Positions 1 through 8,141 of a stretch of DNA of 32,000 nucleotides are shown piece after piece. Position numbers and translations under genes: made by a program. Source of the DNA: Hyperthermus butylicus DSM 5456 (lineage in GTDB: Archaea; Thermoproteota; Thermoprotei_A; Sulfolobales; Pyrodictiaceae); NCBI RefSeq assembly GCF_000015145.1, contig NC_008818.1, positions 1,230,001 to 1,262,000 of the forward strand, written 5' to 3'. Below the pieces are notes generated by a model. The model did no database searches, had not been told where the DNA came from, and saw only the letters and a list, made by a program, of their open reading frames with translations. How positions within the stretch are numbered: the stretch's first letter is position 1; the number at the start of each line of letters is the position of its first letter.

Positions 1-953
1 GGATGAGCCATAGCGACTATGTATCTCAAGTGCCGCCGGGTGCTAGGGTCCTAGCGGTCTCGGAGGATACCGGCTACATAGCAGCCTTTAGACTCGATAG
101 GGATGGAAGGCCGATCTATGGCGTCCAGTTCCACCCCGAGGTTGCTCACACGCCTAAGGGCCGGCTACTCATAGAGAACTTTGTACTCCACATAGCCAGG
201 TGTAGGCCCACCTGGAAGCCAGAAAATTATGCTGAGAAAATGGTTGAAGAGATACGAACGATGGTTGGAACCAGAGACAAGGTACTGGTTGCTGTTAGTG
301 GTGGTGTAGACTCTACAACCACCGCGCTACTTGTCAAGAAAGCGGTTGGCGACCGCCTGGTAGCAGTATTTGTTGACCACGGACTTTTCCGTGAGGGCGA
401 GGTTGAAGAAGTACTATTGACACTGCAGAGCCTGGGCATAAAGCCTATCGTGGTGCGTGCTGCTGACAAGTTCCTCTCAAGACTACGTGGCGTAGTAGAT
501 CCCAAGGAGAAGAGGAGGATTATCGGGGAAGAATTTGCCCGAATATTCGCCGAGATAGCTCGGGGAGACCCTGCAATAAAGTGGTTAGCCCAGGGTACAA
601 CCTATCCAGACGTAGTGGAGAGCAGTGCCGAGCCTGGGACTGATAGGATTAAGAGTCACCACAATGTTGCAGGGCTTCCAGCATGGCTGGACCTACACTT
701 GATGGAGCCGCTAAGATATCTCTACAAGGATGAGGTGAGAAGGCTAGCTCTCAGCCTAGGCGTACCCCGCGAGGTAGCCTATCGACACCCGTTTCCAGGC
801 CCAGGGCTAGCTGTGAGGATTATTGGTGAGGTTACCGAGGAAAAGCTTCGGATAGCTAGGCGTGCAAGCAGAATAGTTGAGGAGGAGCTGCTGAAAGCAG
901 GACTATACTATAGTGTCTGGCAGGCATTCGCCGTGGTCGGGGACGATAAGTAG
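1..953 (+). CDS. guaA: GMP synthase (glutamine-hydrolysing), fused GATase + ATP-pyrophosphatase type. 5'-partial at the window edge. The frame is stopped by an in-frame TAG at 951-953.
   Basis: GATase tail (MSHSDYV, YGVQFHPEV) is followed by the PP-loop VAVSGGVDSTT. The same frame continues with conserved GMPS sequence immediately after the TAG. Confidence 0.9.
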   Translation, partial: MSHSDYVSQVPPGARVLAVSEDTGYIAAFRLDRDGRPIYGVQFHPEVAHTPKGRLLIENFVLHIARCRPTWKPENYAEKMVEEIRTMVGTRDKVLVAVSGGVDSTTTALLVKKAVGDRLVAVFVDHGLFREGEVEEVLLTLQSLGIKPIVVRAADKFLSRLRGVVDPKEKRRIIGEEFARIFAEIARGDPAIKWLAQGTTYPDVVESSAEPGTDRIKSHHNVAGLPAWLDLHLMEPLRYLYKDEVRRLALSLGVPREVAYRHPFPGPGLAVRIIGEVTEEKLRIARRASRIVEEELLKAGLYYSVWQAFAVVGDDK

Positions 954-1160
954 GTGGGGAAAGGAGACCGTAGGGTCTATGGCTACATAGTCCAAGTCCG
1001 GATAGTCAAGAGCGAGGATGCCATGACTGCTGACTGGGCCCGAATATCATACGAGGTCCTAGATAGGATTGCTAGAAGGATTACGGGCGAAATATCCGAG
1101 GTAACAATGGTTGCGTATGCGGTGACAACCAAGCCGCCAGCAACCATCGAGCCACAGTAG
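954..1160 (+). CDS. guaA: GMP synthase C-terminal (dimerisation) segment. It is in the same frame as 1..953 and separated from it only by the TAG codon.
   Basis: [11 protein letters not shown]...[17 protein letters not shown]...[11 protein letters not shown] matches the conserved GMPS C-terminus (SVGVMGDxRxY ... FMTAHWA ... KPPATIEWE). Position 954 is GTG. Confidence 0.8.
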   Translation: MGKGDRRVYGYIVQVRIVKSEDAMTADWARISYEVLDRIARRITGEISEVTMVAYAVTTKPPATIEPQ

Positions 1161-1205
1161 CGCCAGAGGCTGCATACTCACTCCAGTATCGTTCTCTGCT
1201 GTGCA

Positions 1206-2339
1206 TTACATTATCCTGAAGTGTAGCACGCCAACAAGCCCCTTGAACGTCTTGCGTATCCACTCCGCCTCAGGTAGGTCTCCGCTCAAGAAGTAAACCT
1301 TGGTGCCATACTTCTTAGCCTCCTCCGCCAGTGTATCTGCATCAGGCCTCTCCTCGTCGACTATAATGTATTTCAGAGCACCCATTTCGAGGGCTGTTTT
1401 TACCATCTTGTCGCCATATACTGCTAGCCCGTCATCCTTTGCTAGGTGGAGCTTAAACTCCTCAACAGCCTTAGCGAGTTCTGCGTACTTGTTCTGCTCA
1501 ATTATGTCGGCAGCCTTTATGACTAGCTCTCTCAGCCCAGCCTCGCCCTGATAGGCTACATCGACGGTCTTGCTTGCTATCTTTTGGCGTACACGGTAGT
1601 CCAGGAAGTCCCTTGCTTCCTCGAGGAAGTCTTGCTTGGCGTAGCCGGGGCCACCGAGTATTATCGCTCTGAGGACACCCTTCTCTATGAGTGGCAGGAA
1701 GTGTTTGTTCATTGCTTCGGCTACCTCGCGGTAGAAGCCCTTTACGAATTGCTCGATCTGCCTATCGAAACGCCTCTGGCTCTGACCGCCCTTATGGTGC
1801 TTGCCTGGCACGTAGCCCTCAAGTTCCTCTAGAACTTGTATACGTGTACCCTTAAGCAGGCCTATAGTGGCCTGGTCGCGCTCGATTATTACGAGGCCGT
1901 AGGTCTCCTCTTGTTCTATCATTTCCTCGAGGAATTCTGTATGGAACCACTTGTCGGTACGGTAGAAGAAGACTGGCACCGGTTCTGGCGGCGAGAAGAC
2001 GAAGCATATGAAGTCCTTAGTCTCCATGTCCTCTCCGCAGAAGACTGCTAAGCCGTTAGGCGGCACCTTCTGTATCCTCGTAAGCCTATCCATGGCGGCT
2101 GCTAGTGCCCTCTGTACAGCGTCGCGGGTCCTCTTGAGCTTAATATTGTCGGTTATCGAGTACTCGGTTCTAAGCAGGCTGACAACGTCGCTTATGGGCC
2201 TGCCTGGTGGTATGTAGAGTGTTAGCAGTACCGTTGCCGGCGCCTTCCAGCGCTTAAGCTCTCTAATAATCTGTTTCAGTGTTCTCTTGTCAACCATTAG
2301 CTGGCTAGCTTGCTGCATTCCACCTTCCCCTGTGCACAC
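1206..2339 (-). CDS. prf1: Peptide chain release factor aRF1. The start is more likely the ATG at 2318 (MQQASQLMVDK...).
   Basis: GGQ motif (HKGGQSQRRF). The eRF1-like N-domain aligns with human eRF1 (FHTE after the YxCxxxF position). Length is about 370 aa. A TATA-like cgttataagg lies about 25 nt upstream on the minus strand. Confidence 0.92.
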   Translation of the reverse strand: MCTGEGGMQQASQLMVDKRTLKQIIRELKRWKAPATVLLTLYIPPGRPISDVVSLLRTEYSITDNIKLKRTRDAVQRALAAAMDRLTRIQKVPPNGLAVFCGEDMETKDFICFVFSPPEPVPVFFYRTDKWFHTEFLEEMIEQEETYGLVIIERDQATIGLLKGTRIQVLEELEGYVPGKHHKGGQSQRRFDRQIEQFVKGFYREVAEAMNKHFLPLIEKGVLRAIILGGPGYAKQDFLEEARDFLDYRVRQKIASKTVDVAYQGEAGLRELVIKAADIIEQNKYAELAKAVEEFKLHLAKDDGLAVYGDKMVKTALEMGALKYIIVDEERPDADTLAEEAKKYGTKVYFLSGDLPEAEWIRKTFKGLVGVLHFRIM

Positions 2340-2464
2340 ATAAACTAACAGAGCGACACCTTATAACGTATACCATGCCAAGCTATCCTGGCCAAACAGT
2401 ATTACTATGGGGTTCTGCTTAACGCTAAACCCTAGTAGACTATGGTCTCCCGGGGGACTAGCTC

Positions 2465-2773
2465 GTGGAGCATGTAGAGGTTGTAGTGTTTAGAGGCTAT
2501 GGCTCTCGGAGCAGTGCCGTACGAGAGAATGCTAGGCGTGTAGTGGAGGCACTACGCGAAGCAGGATACCTGGCTTCTTTCTCGGAGGTAACAGTGCCAG
2601 TAGCTGATGGCGAGGAGGGGTTTGAACCGTTTGTGCTGGTAAACGGCGTCGAGGTATACATTTCAGCCGTAGAGGTTGACAGCTCTAGGTTAGCTGAGTA
2701 TGTGATTGAAAGCGTGTATCTTGCAAGTACGCTAGCTGGCTTCCCCTTGCCTCCAGTGAGTATTGAGAGTTAG
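2465..2773 (+). CDS. Hypothetical small alpha/beta protein, paralogous to 30856..31305.
   Basis: GTG start. Shares the pattern VE[VI]V[VI][FY].G...V.NAR....LRE.G ... P.L.VNG.EV with the ORF at 30856..31305. I recognise no family name. Confidence 0.55.
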   Translation: MEHVEVVVFRGYGSRSSAVRENARRVVEALREAGYLASFSEVTVPVADGEEGFEPFVLVNGVEVYISAVEVDSSRLAEYVIESVYLASTLAGFPLPPVSIES

Positions 2774-2776
2774 CAC

Positions 2777-3181
2777 CTAGCCTTGTTTTTGTTGCATACC
2801 AAGCCTATAGAACGGACACGTTTGCCAGTACTTCTCGCATTTTGTAGCCTCACTCTTTGTCAGCAGGCGGTTGAGCACCTGGCATACCACAAGGTAGCCG
2901 CCAGCATACTCGTAGACCTTGAAGAATGGACAGCCAGATCTAGGCCTATGAGTTATAAGGTGTATTGGCTTGTAGGGGCGAAGCTGCTTCTCAATAGCAG
3001 GCTTAAGGCTTGCCTCGAGTACTGGGCGGCTACGCTGCTGGCTAGACGGCTCAACGTAAAACTTGCAAGACTTGTACTCAGCTTCGCCCCCAAGGCACCG
3101 CTCTGGCGAAGTCACAGCTGTCGTGGGCTCCGAGAGCTTAGGTGACGTGCATAACCCGCCGCGATACCAGGGACACGGCAT
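2777..3181 (-). CDS. Cysteine-rich protein with two CP-aromatic-aromatic...C...C...C[PK]-aromatic-aromatic modules. Putative metal/Fe-S binding, function unknown.
   Basis: Module A is CPWY..C..C..CKFY and module B is CPFF..C..C..CPFY (8 patterned Cys). The opposite-strand ORF 2783..3145 is L/A/R-rich and shadow-like. Confidence 0.6.
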   Translation of the reverse strand: MPCPWYRGGLCTSPKLSEPTTAVTSPERCLGGEAEYKSCKFYVEPSSQQRSRPVLEASLKPAIEKQLRPYKPIHLITHRPRSGCPFFKVYEYAGGYLVVCQVLNRLLTKSEATKCEKYWQTCPFYRLGMQQKQG

Positions 3182-3214
3182 TAGCAGCCACCGCTATAAG
3201 GTCCCCTTTTCGTC

Positions 3215-3838
3215 CTAGCAGCCCAGTACCCGGCGGATCTCGTCTAGGAGGGCAGCCTTCTCCTCCAGCTCCTTAACACGTTTTGCTAGCTCGTCGCGCT
3301 CCCTCTCTAGTTCTTCTAGCTGCTCCCGTATCTCCTCTAGTTGCTGTTTTACATCCTCCACCTCGCGCGTCTTCTCTAACTCCTCCCTGAGCCTGTAGTT
3401 CTCCTCACGAAGCTCCTTCAGCTCTTCCCTAAGCTTCTCGAGCTCCCTTCTACATTCATCTCCTTCTTCAGCAACTGCGAATGGGAGGGATATTGTTGGC
3501 TCTCCTCTGACAAGCTTTTCATATGTCTCTCTCACAATTTTCCCAGCCTTGGTCTTCCCTTGTAGATGGGCCCTTATCGTAGTCTCGCTCCTCCCAAGTT
3601 CCTCTGCGATCTGGCTAATGCTGTAGCCGGCCTTCTCTCTAGCAAGAGCAGCAGCAGCTATTGCAAGGCTGTCAAGCCATGTGGCTTTCTCAAGCGGGTC
3701 CCGTATGAGTTCTATTATCTCAGGTCTGTAGAGCGTGGCGACTATCAATGCAGTCTCTAAGAGCTTAATCTCCTTCTTCGAGGTTGGCCTTAGGGGGACA
3801 TGGCTGAGATCTATTTTTAGCTCGCGCTGGACAGCCAC
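3215..3838 (-). CDS. Putative DNA-binding protein: N-terminal helix-turn-helix plus a long C-terminal coiled coil.
   Basis: HTH-like YSISQIAEELGRSETTIRAHLQG. The C-terminal ~80 aa are E/L/K/R heptad-rich (ELEKLREELKELREENYRLREELEK...). It lies 33 nt upstream of the 2777..3181 gene. Confidence 0.7.
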   Translation of the reverse strand: MAVQRELKIDLSHVPLRPTSKKEIKLLETALIVATLYRPEIIELIRDPLEKATWLDSLAIAAAALAREKAGYSISQIAEELGRSETTIRAHLQGKTKAGKIVRETYEKLVRGEPTISLPFAVAEEGDECRRELEKLREELKELREENYRLREELEKTREVEDVKQQLEEIREQLEELERERDELAKRVKELEEKAALLDEIRRVLGC

Positions 3839-3869
3839 GATGCATCACCGTGCAAGGAAGGCTCCAGTG

Positions 3870-4229
3870 TTAGACTAGGTTGCAGCAGGGAGGGTTTTTG
3901 CAGCACGGGTCGTTACCGGCGCTACAGCGGTTACGAACCCACTCGCGTATCATTTCTGCGAGCCTCTCATCCAGCGACATTAAGGCGCCAAGTAGGAAGC
4001 TGTTAGCGTGACAATAGCCCTCCTGCTTCAGTATCCTTGTTAGCGGAGCAACCATGGACTTTACTACTACGAGCCAGAAATTCCAGTCTGGCAACTCGAA
4101 TAGCTCCCCCATACTCTTGATACTGTATTGCTCAAGAACGCTTTCCACATGGGCTAAAACCTTCGCAGTAACTTGTCCCGGCACCCTGGCGGCACGCATG
4201 CTCGTCCGGATAGCCTCCAGTAGCTGCAT
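3870..4229 (-). CDS. Hypothetical helical protein with a Cys-rich C-terminal tail.
   Basis: ATG start with coding-like composition. The tail reads RCSAGNDPCCKNPPCCNLV. It lies 31 nt upstream of the HTH/coiled-coil gene. Confidence 0.55.
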   Translation of the reverse strand: MQLLEAIRTSMRAARVPGQVTAKVLAHVESVLEQYSIKSMGELFELPDWNFWLVVVKSMVAPLTRILKQEGYCHANSFLLGALMSLDERLAEMIREWVRNRCSAGNDPCCKNPPCCNLV

Positions 4230-4308
4230 GAACCCCCCCGGTAGCCTGGAGGTAACGCTGAGAAATCAATAATTAGCTTATAATGTCTTCTGGCGATAAA
4301 GATGCGTA

Positions 4309-4369
4309 GGGGGGATGATAGCATAAGGCCTCTACCGAAAGGTGATGACGCTTTAGGCCGTTGACCCCC
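4309..4369 (+). ncRNA. Candidate box C/D sRNA (2'-O-methylation guide).
   Basis: Layout: GGGGGG / C AUGAUAG / 13 nt / D' CCGA / AAG / C' GUGAUGA / 12 nt CGCUUUAGGCCG / D UUGA / CCCCC. There is a 5-bp GC terminal stem. C-box position 6 (A) and D-box position 1 (U) change together, replacing the usual G-C. TATA-like cttataat (4277-4284) is centred about 28 nt upstream. The D-guide is complementary to the archaeal 16S GGCCUAAAGCG segment. Confidence 0.55.
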
Positions 4370-4752
4370 TAGATGGGTGTGTAGACAAACTCCTGCAGCC
4401 TATGTCTTATCTCGTAGATGTAAGCCCGTATCATTGTTGGAAGCTTCTCCCTGCCTGCAACAACTACCCGGTAGTAAGCCTTGTCAACAATATCATACGC
4501 CTTCATCACATCGCCAAGCGCTATGCTAGCTCGGTCACCGCATAGGATCGCATGGAGGTGCTGTGCCATGCTCTCTATAAGTTGGATTGATGAAAGCCGT
4601 CGCTCTAGTATCTCCGAGAGAGTCTTGTCGCCTCTCGACTTAGCGTCTACAAGCTTCTCACTATAAGCCTCCACTAGCCGCTGCGATGCCTCCAGGAGTC
4701 TGTCTACGAGTCCGCAGATAGATAGTATGTTAATACGTGCAGCAACACTCAT
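4369..4752 (-). CDS. Hypothetical helical protein.
   Basis: 127-aa ORF with an ATG start and coding-like composition. No motif recognised. Confidence 0.5.
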   Translation of the reverse strand: MSVAARINILSICGLVDRLLEASQRLVEAYSEKLVDAKSRGDKTLSEILERRLSSIQLIESMAQHLHAILCGDRASIALGDVMKAYDIVDKAYYRVVVAGREKLPTMIRAYIYEIRHRLQEFVYTPI

Positions 4753-4915
4753 CAGCTTCGCCTCCAGCCCAGAACATATGTTTAAGGTATGGCGTTGTTA
4801 TAGGGTGGTTTAGGCCGGGATAATACTCCTGTCCATATGGTATTTCATAGTGTAGAATGTATTGGCCCTATATAAGGGTGTGGGGTTACCCCCGATTATT
4901 CGGAGGCGTAGAGCC

Positions 4916-5221
4916 GTGTCCCTAGGCCAGCGCGAGAACAGCAACGACAAGAACAATGTATACGTATACAGTAAAGACATAATCCTACACAAACTCTATG
5001 AAGATGATGAGGTTGTCGTTGTGGTCGCACCTAACGAGGACCAGTTACGGGAAATTATCCTGCGCCTTCTAAGGGAGAAACCGATGACGGTTAGGGAGCT
5101 CCACTCGATACTTTCGGGCCTCGCTAGCGAAGATAAGATACGCTATGCCCTTAACAAGCTGGTAGAAGAGGGTATCGTTGGTAGTGATGAAGAGGGTAGA
5201 TACTACGCCTACTACGTCTAA
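4916..5221 (+). CDS. Small winged-helix (wHTH) putative DNA-binding protein.
   Basis: The C-terminal half, MTVRELHSILSGLASEDKIRYALNKLVEEGIV, is wHTH-like. A TATA box ctatataagg at 4868-4877 lies inside the long ORF (4862 start), which favours the in-frame GTG at 4916. Confidence 0.55.
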   Translation: MSLGQRENSNDKNNVYVYSKDIILHKLYEDDEVVVVVAPNEDQLREIILRLLREKPMTVRELHSILSGLASEDKIRYALNKLVEEGIVGSDEEGRYYAYYV

Positions 5222-5381
5222 TTCTCCCTTTCTCTCTGTGCCCGATAGTTTTACTCGTTCCTCTCTCCCTCAAATCGTATTTACGGGTAGCTAGGTTCTC
5301 GAGACTCTCGATTACACTCTCATAACTTTCATCGTCAATGCTATCTACGATACACATACTAGCATAGAAGCAGGGTCACTC

Positions 5382-5771
5382 ATGCCAAACCTCATAGCAT
5401 TAATTGTCGAGAGCGCTATCCTCGGTTTAGCATACCTCGTACTGCACGAGGCTCTACACTATGCAGCGGCAAGAATACTAGGATTTGGAGCTGAGTTGGC
5501 ATGGGGAAGCGACTCGTTTCTCCCATCCCCATCTGTGATCATCCATGGTAGCCCTACCGGGTGGAGGAGACTTGCAATACTCTATCTGCCCTACATCATT
5601 AATGCTGTATTCATATTGTCTGGCATGCATGTTGTAAGGCTTATTGGGCTGCTAACACTCCCTAACATGTTGTTAGAGGAGGACAATGATAGAAGCCTCC
5701 GTCTGCCATTTGCGGTAGGACTACAAGCACTAATTATAGGCTGTGTTGTAGTGTTAAACCCGTGCATGTGA
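5382..5771 (+). CDS. Small integral membrane protein with an HExxH motif, a putative membrane zincin (DUF3267-like).
   Basis: HEALH lies within the first hydrophobic segment (LVLHEALHYAAARILGF), and there are 3-4 predicted TM stretches. Confidence 0.55.
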   Translation: MPNLIALIVESAILGLAYLVLHEALHYAAARILGFGAELAWGSDSFLPSPSVIIHGSPTGWRRLAILYLPYIINAVFILSGMHVVRLIGLLTLPNMLLEEDNDRSLRLPFAVGLQALIIGCVVVLNPCM

Positions 5772-5838
5772 TGCGGGTAGAATGCTAGATAGATGGTGCT
5801 GAGCGTCTGACGGAACTCCAAAAATCTTTCCAAGAGGC

Positions 5839-6153
5839 TTAAACGGAGAGTGTGAGATCAAGGAAGTCCATTGGCAGCGGCCTACCCTTCTCCTTTAGCT
5901 CGTCGTACTTCTTCGAGAGCCACTCTACGAACACTGGGCAGCCATCAAACTTACCATCGCGCTCACAGCGCTCGCCAAGCTTGAGGAAACATTTGCCTGT
6001 ACGCTTATCGTAGTATGGACACATCTTATGGTATTGTTTGGCGCTCCGTATCATCCTTGTTATCCAGCGTTTCTTTGGGTCACGCTTCTCTTTCTCCTCT
6101 ACCTGCGAGAGTATACGGTCCAGCTCCTCGCTCGAAATACGCGTCTTGTTCAT
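5839..6153 (-). CDS. Small basic protein carrying one CP-aromatic-aromatic four-Cys module.
   Basis: CPYYDKRTGKCFLKLGERCERDGKFDGCPVF follows the same pattern as both halves of 2777..3181. Confidence 0.6.
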   Translation of the reverse strand: MNKTRISSEELDRILSQVEEKEKRDPKKRWITRMIRSAKQYHKMCPYYDKRTGKCFLKLGERCERDGKFDGCPVFVEWLSKKYDELKEKGRPLPMDFLDLTLSV

Positions 6154-6336
6154 GGTTTATCACCCCTTCAGATGGTATTTGTTTAACATGTGGGTAGGAG
6201 GGTTTCGCCGTTTATGCAGACCAGCCTTAGTTTCGGGTACACCTAGACGGGTTCCCGGCTTCTATAGCATTTATGCTTTTATATCCTTATGCCTTTGGTC
6301 AGTAATTGGACTTCTATAAGCTATGGTGTGTATTGT

Positions 6337-7374
6337 ATGGATTATGTAGTATGTGACCGCGGAGAGGTATGCATCCTCGGTGCCGGTGTTGCTGGCTCTG
6401 TTCTCGCATACCTGCTTTCCAAGAGGGGTGTGAGGATTCGTGTCTACGATATGTGGAGGAGTTATGTGAAACCATGTGGAGAGGCTATACCGTCATGGCT
6501 TCTAGAGGTCATTGACAAGCATGGCTTGCCTAGACCGAGAATCCTCAACACTGTAAAACGCTACGTTATAATCGGCTCTGACGGTAGAGTTGTTAGGGAG
6601 GTCGAATTCAAGGATCCTCCTTGGCTGATAATAGACAAGTCCGAGTGGATTAACAGGCTAAGGGCAGAGGTGAACATTATCGTTAAGCCGGTACGCAGTT
6701 ACCCTCGCAGAGGCATAGTCGTTGACTCGCGCGGCCCATTCTCTTCTAGGGGTGGTAAGATTGTTGTTTGGAGGGCATACGGTAAGGTAGAAAAACTAGC
6801 AGACGATGAAGCCTACATAGTTATTGACTGGAGTAGGGGTGTAGGCCTAGCCTGGGTATTCCCGCATGGTGATAAAGCCAATTTTGGAGGAGGATTTGCT
6901 GGTGTTAGCGAGCCACGGAGATACACTGTAAAGCTGCTCAGCAAAGCTGGCCTAATCAACACAGATAAGGTAGAAGGTGAGGCATACTCGATACTTACCA
7001 TACCGCCGCGCATAGACCTCGGCAGCGATAATGTTGTACGAGTAGGTGAGGCTGCTGGTCTCGTTATGAGTTTGGGTGGCGAAGGTATAAGGCCAGCAGT
7101 GCTGTCAGCAATAGCACTAGCATCGGTGGTAAAGCTTGAAGACGAGCTGGTGCTTGATGTAAAGTTATACAGACGCCTCGTTCACGGGCTCGTGAGAGAG
7201 GCTAAGCTTCATGCTAGAATATTAAAGTTCGCATCGCTGTTAGGTGAAAAGGCTGCATATCGAGCTTTAACAATGGCTTCTGACAGTCTTCTAAAGAGCT
7301 GGTTTGAGGGTAAACTTAACAGCGTCTCGTCGATAATCTTCGGCATGCTTGGCAGGAAGAGTGATGGAGACTAG
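6337..7374 (+). CDS. FAD-dependent oxidoreductase of the geranylgeranyl reductase family.
   Basis: Dinucleotide fold ILGAGVAGSVLAYLL...RVYD, KPCGEAIP (GGR-type KPCGG.I) and GEAAGLVMSLGGEGIRPA (GDAAG...GEGI). TATA-like ttctataag at 6312-6320 fits a near-leaderless ATG at 6337. Confidence 0.8.
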   Translation: MDYVVCDRGEVCILGAGVAGSVLAYLLSKRGVRIRVYDMWRSYVKPCGEAIPSWLLEVIDKHGLPRPRILNTVKRYVIIGSDGRVVREVEFKDPPWLIIDKSEWINRLRAEVNIIVKPVRSYPRRGIVVDSRGPFSSRGGKIVVWRAYGKVEKLADDEAYIVIDWSRGVGLAWVFPHGDKANFGGGFAGVSEPRRYTVKLLSKAGLINTDKVEGEAYSILTIPPRIDLGSDNVVRVGEAAGLVMSLGGEGIRPAVLSAIALASVVKLEDELVLDVKLYRRLVHGLVREAKLHARILKFASLLGEKAAYRALTMASDSLLKSWFEGKLNSVSSIIFGMLGRKSDGD

Positions 7375-7378
7375 TGTA

Positions 7379-8002
7379 TCACCTCTTTAGAACCTCGAGT
7401 AGTTTGCGTGTAACGAACTCCCTAGCCTCTGCTGCACTGGGAAACTCCTGCCTACTCTTCACGGTGTATTCGAGTATGAAGCTATTACGCTTCTGGTCAT
7501 ATGCCAGCTTGGCTTCCAGCTTACCATCATAGGTTATTTTTATGAACTTCTCGTCGGTCTTTAGCTCTAGTCTAAAGCCCTTCTTCTCAAGCTCCCGTAG
7601 AACAGACATGGCAGCTTCGAGTAGCTCCTCGACACTAGCCTTCTCCCCCTTCTCAATCTCCCGCAACCTAGCTTCAATAGCCTCAATAACTTCAGGAATG
7701 TCGCTATAGGCTTTCCTGGCCTCTTCAAGTATCTTCTTCAGTATTCTCAGCGCCTCGCCACTCTTATCAGTCTTTACCAGTGTTAGTAGATCGTCGAAAT
7801 CCTTGCTGTGCAAGTAATCTGCTAGTCTTCTCACATCGCCACCAAAGACGTTAAACCTGTACTTATCCTCAGCTCTACCAATCATTTTTCTAATATCGTC
7901 CACGTACTGTCTAGGTGCGTCGGGGCTTGCAAGTATACGGTTTACTATATGCCGGAGGAAGTCAATCCTCTTTGTCTTAAGCGTTGAAGCCATAGCTATC
8001 AC
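7379..8002 (-). CDS. Hypothetical protein, helical N-terminal part and beta-rich C-terminal part.
   Basis: 207-aa ORF with coding-like composition. No motif recognised. Confidence 0.55.
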   Translation of the reverse strand: MIAMASTLKTKRIDFLRHIVNRILASPDAPRQYVDDIRKMIGRAEDKYRFNVFGGDVRRLADYLHSKDFDDLLTLVKTDKSGEALRILKKILEEARKAYSDIPEVIEAIEARLREIEKGEKASVEELLEAAMSVLRELEKKGFRLELKTDEKFIKITYDGKLEAKLAYDQKRNSFILEYTVKSRQEFPSAAEAREFVTRKLLEVLKR

Positions 8003-8141
8003 CTCGCCAGCGTGTCCCCGGGTATGCAGTGATACTATCCATATGCTAGTTGTTAGCCTAGCCTTAATTAACTATGTATCGGACATAGACTACCTAGCTA
8101 TGTGTGGTGGCTGCTAGCGCAGCTACCGGGGCAGACCCGGG

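Noticed and set aside
1300-2217. Plus-strand ORFs 1300..1551, 1584..1832, 1836..2051 and 2008..2217
   Set aside because: They are antisense shadows of the well-supported aRF1 gene and have S/A/L-rich or otherwise low-information translations.
2783-3145. Plus-strand ORF antisense to the double four-Cys gene
   Set aside because: The minus-strand product has a patterned, repeated Cys motif shared with 5839..6153. The plus product is L/A/R-rich without features.
5151-5357. 68-aa minus-strand ORF between the wHTH and HExxH genes
   Set aside because: It overlaps the wHTH gene's 3' end by about 70 nt, leaves only 24 nt for divergent promoters, and has an R/S-rich tail. I cannot exclude a shorter real micro-ORF.
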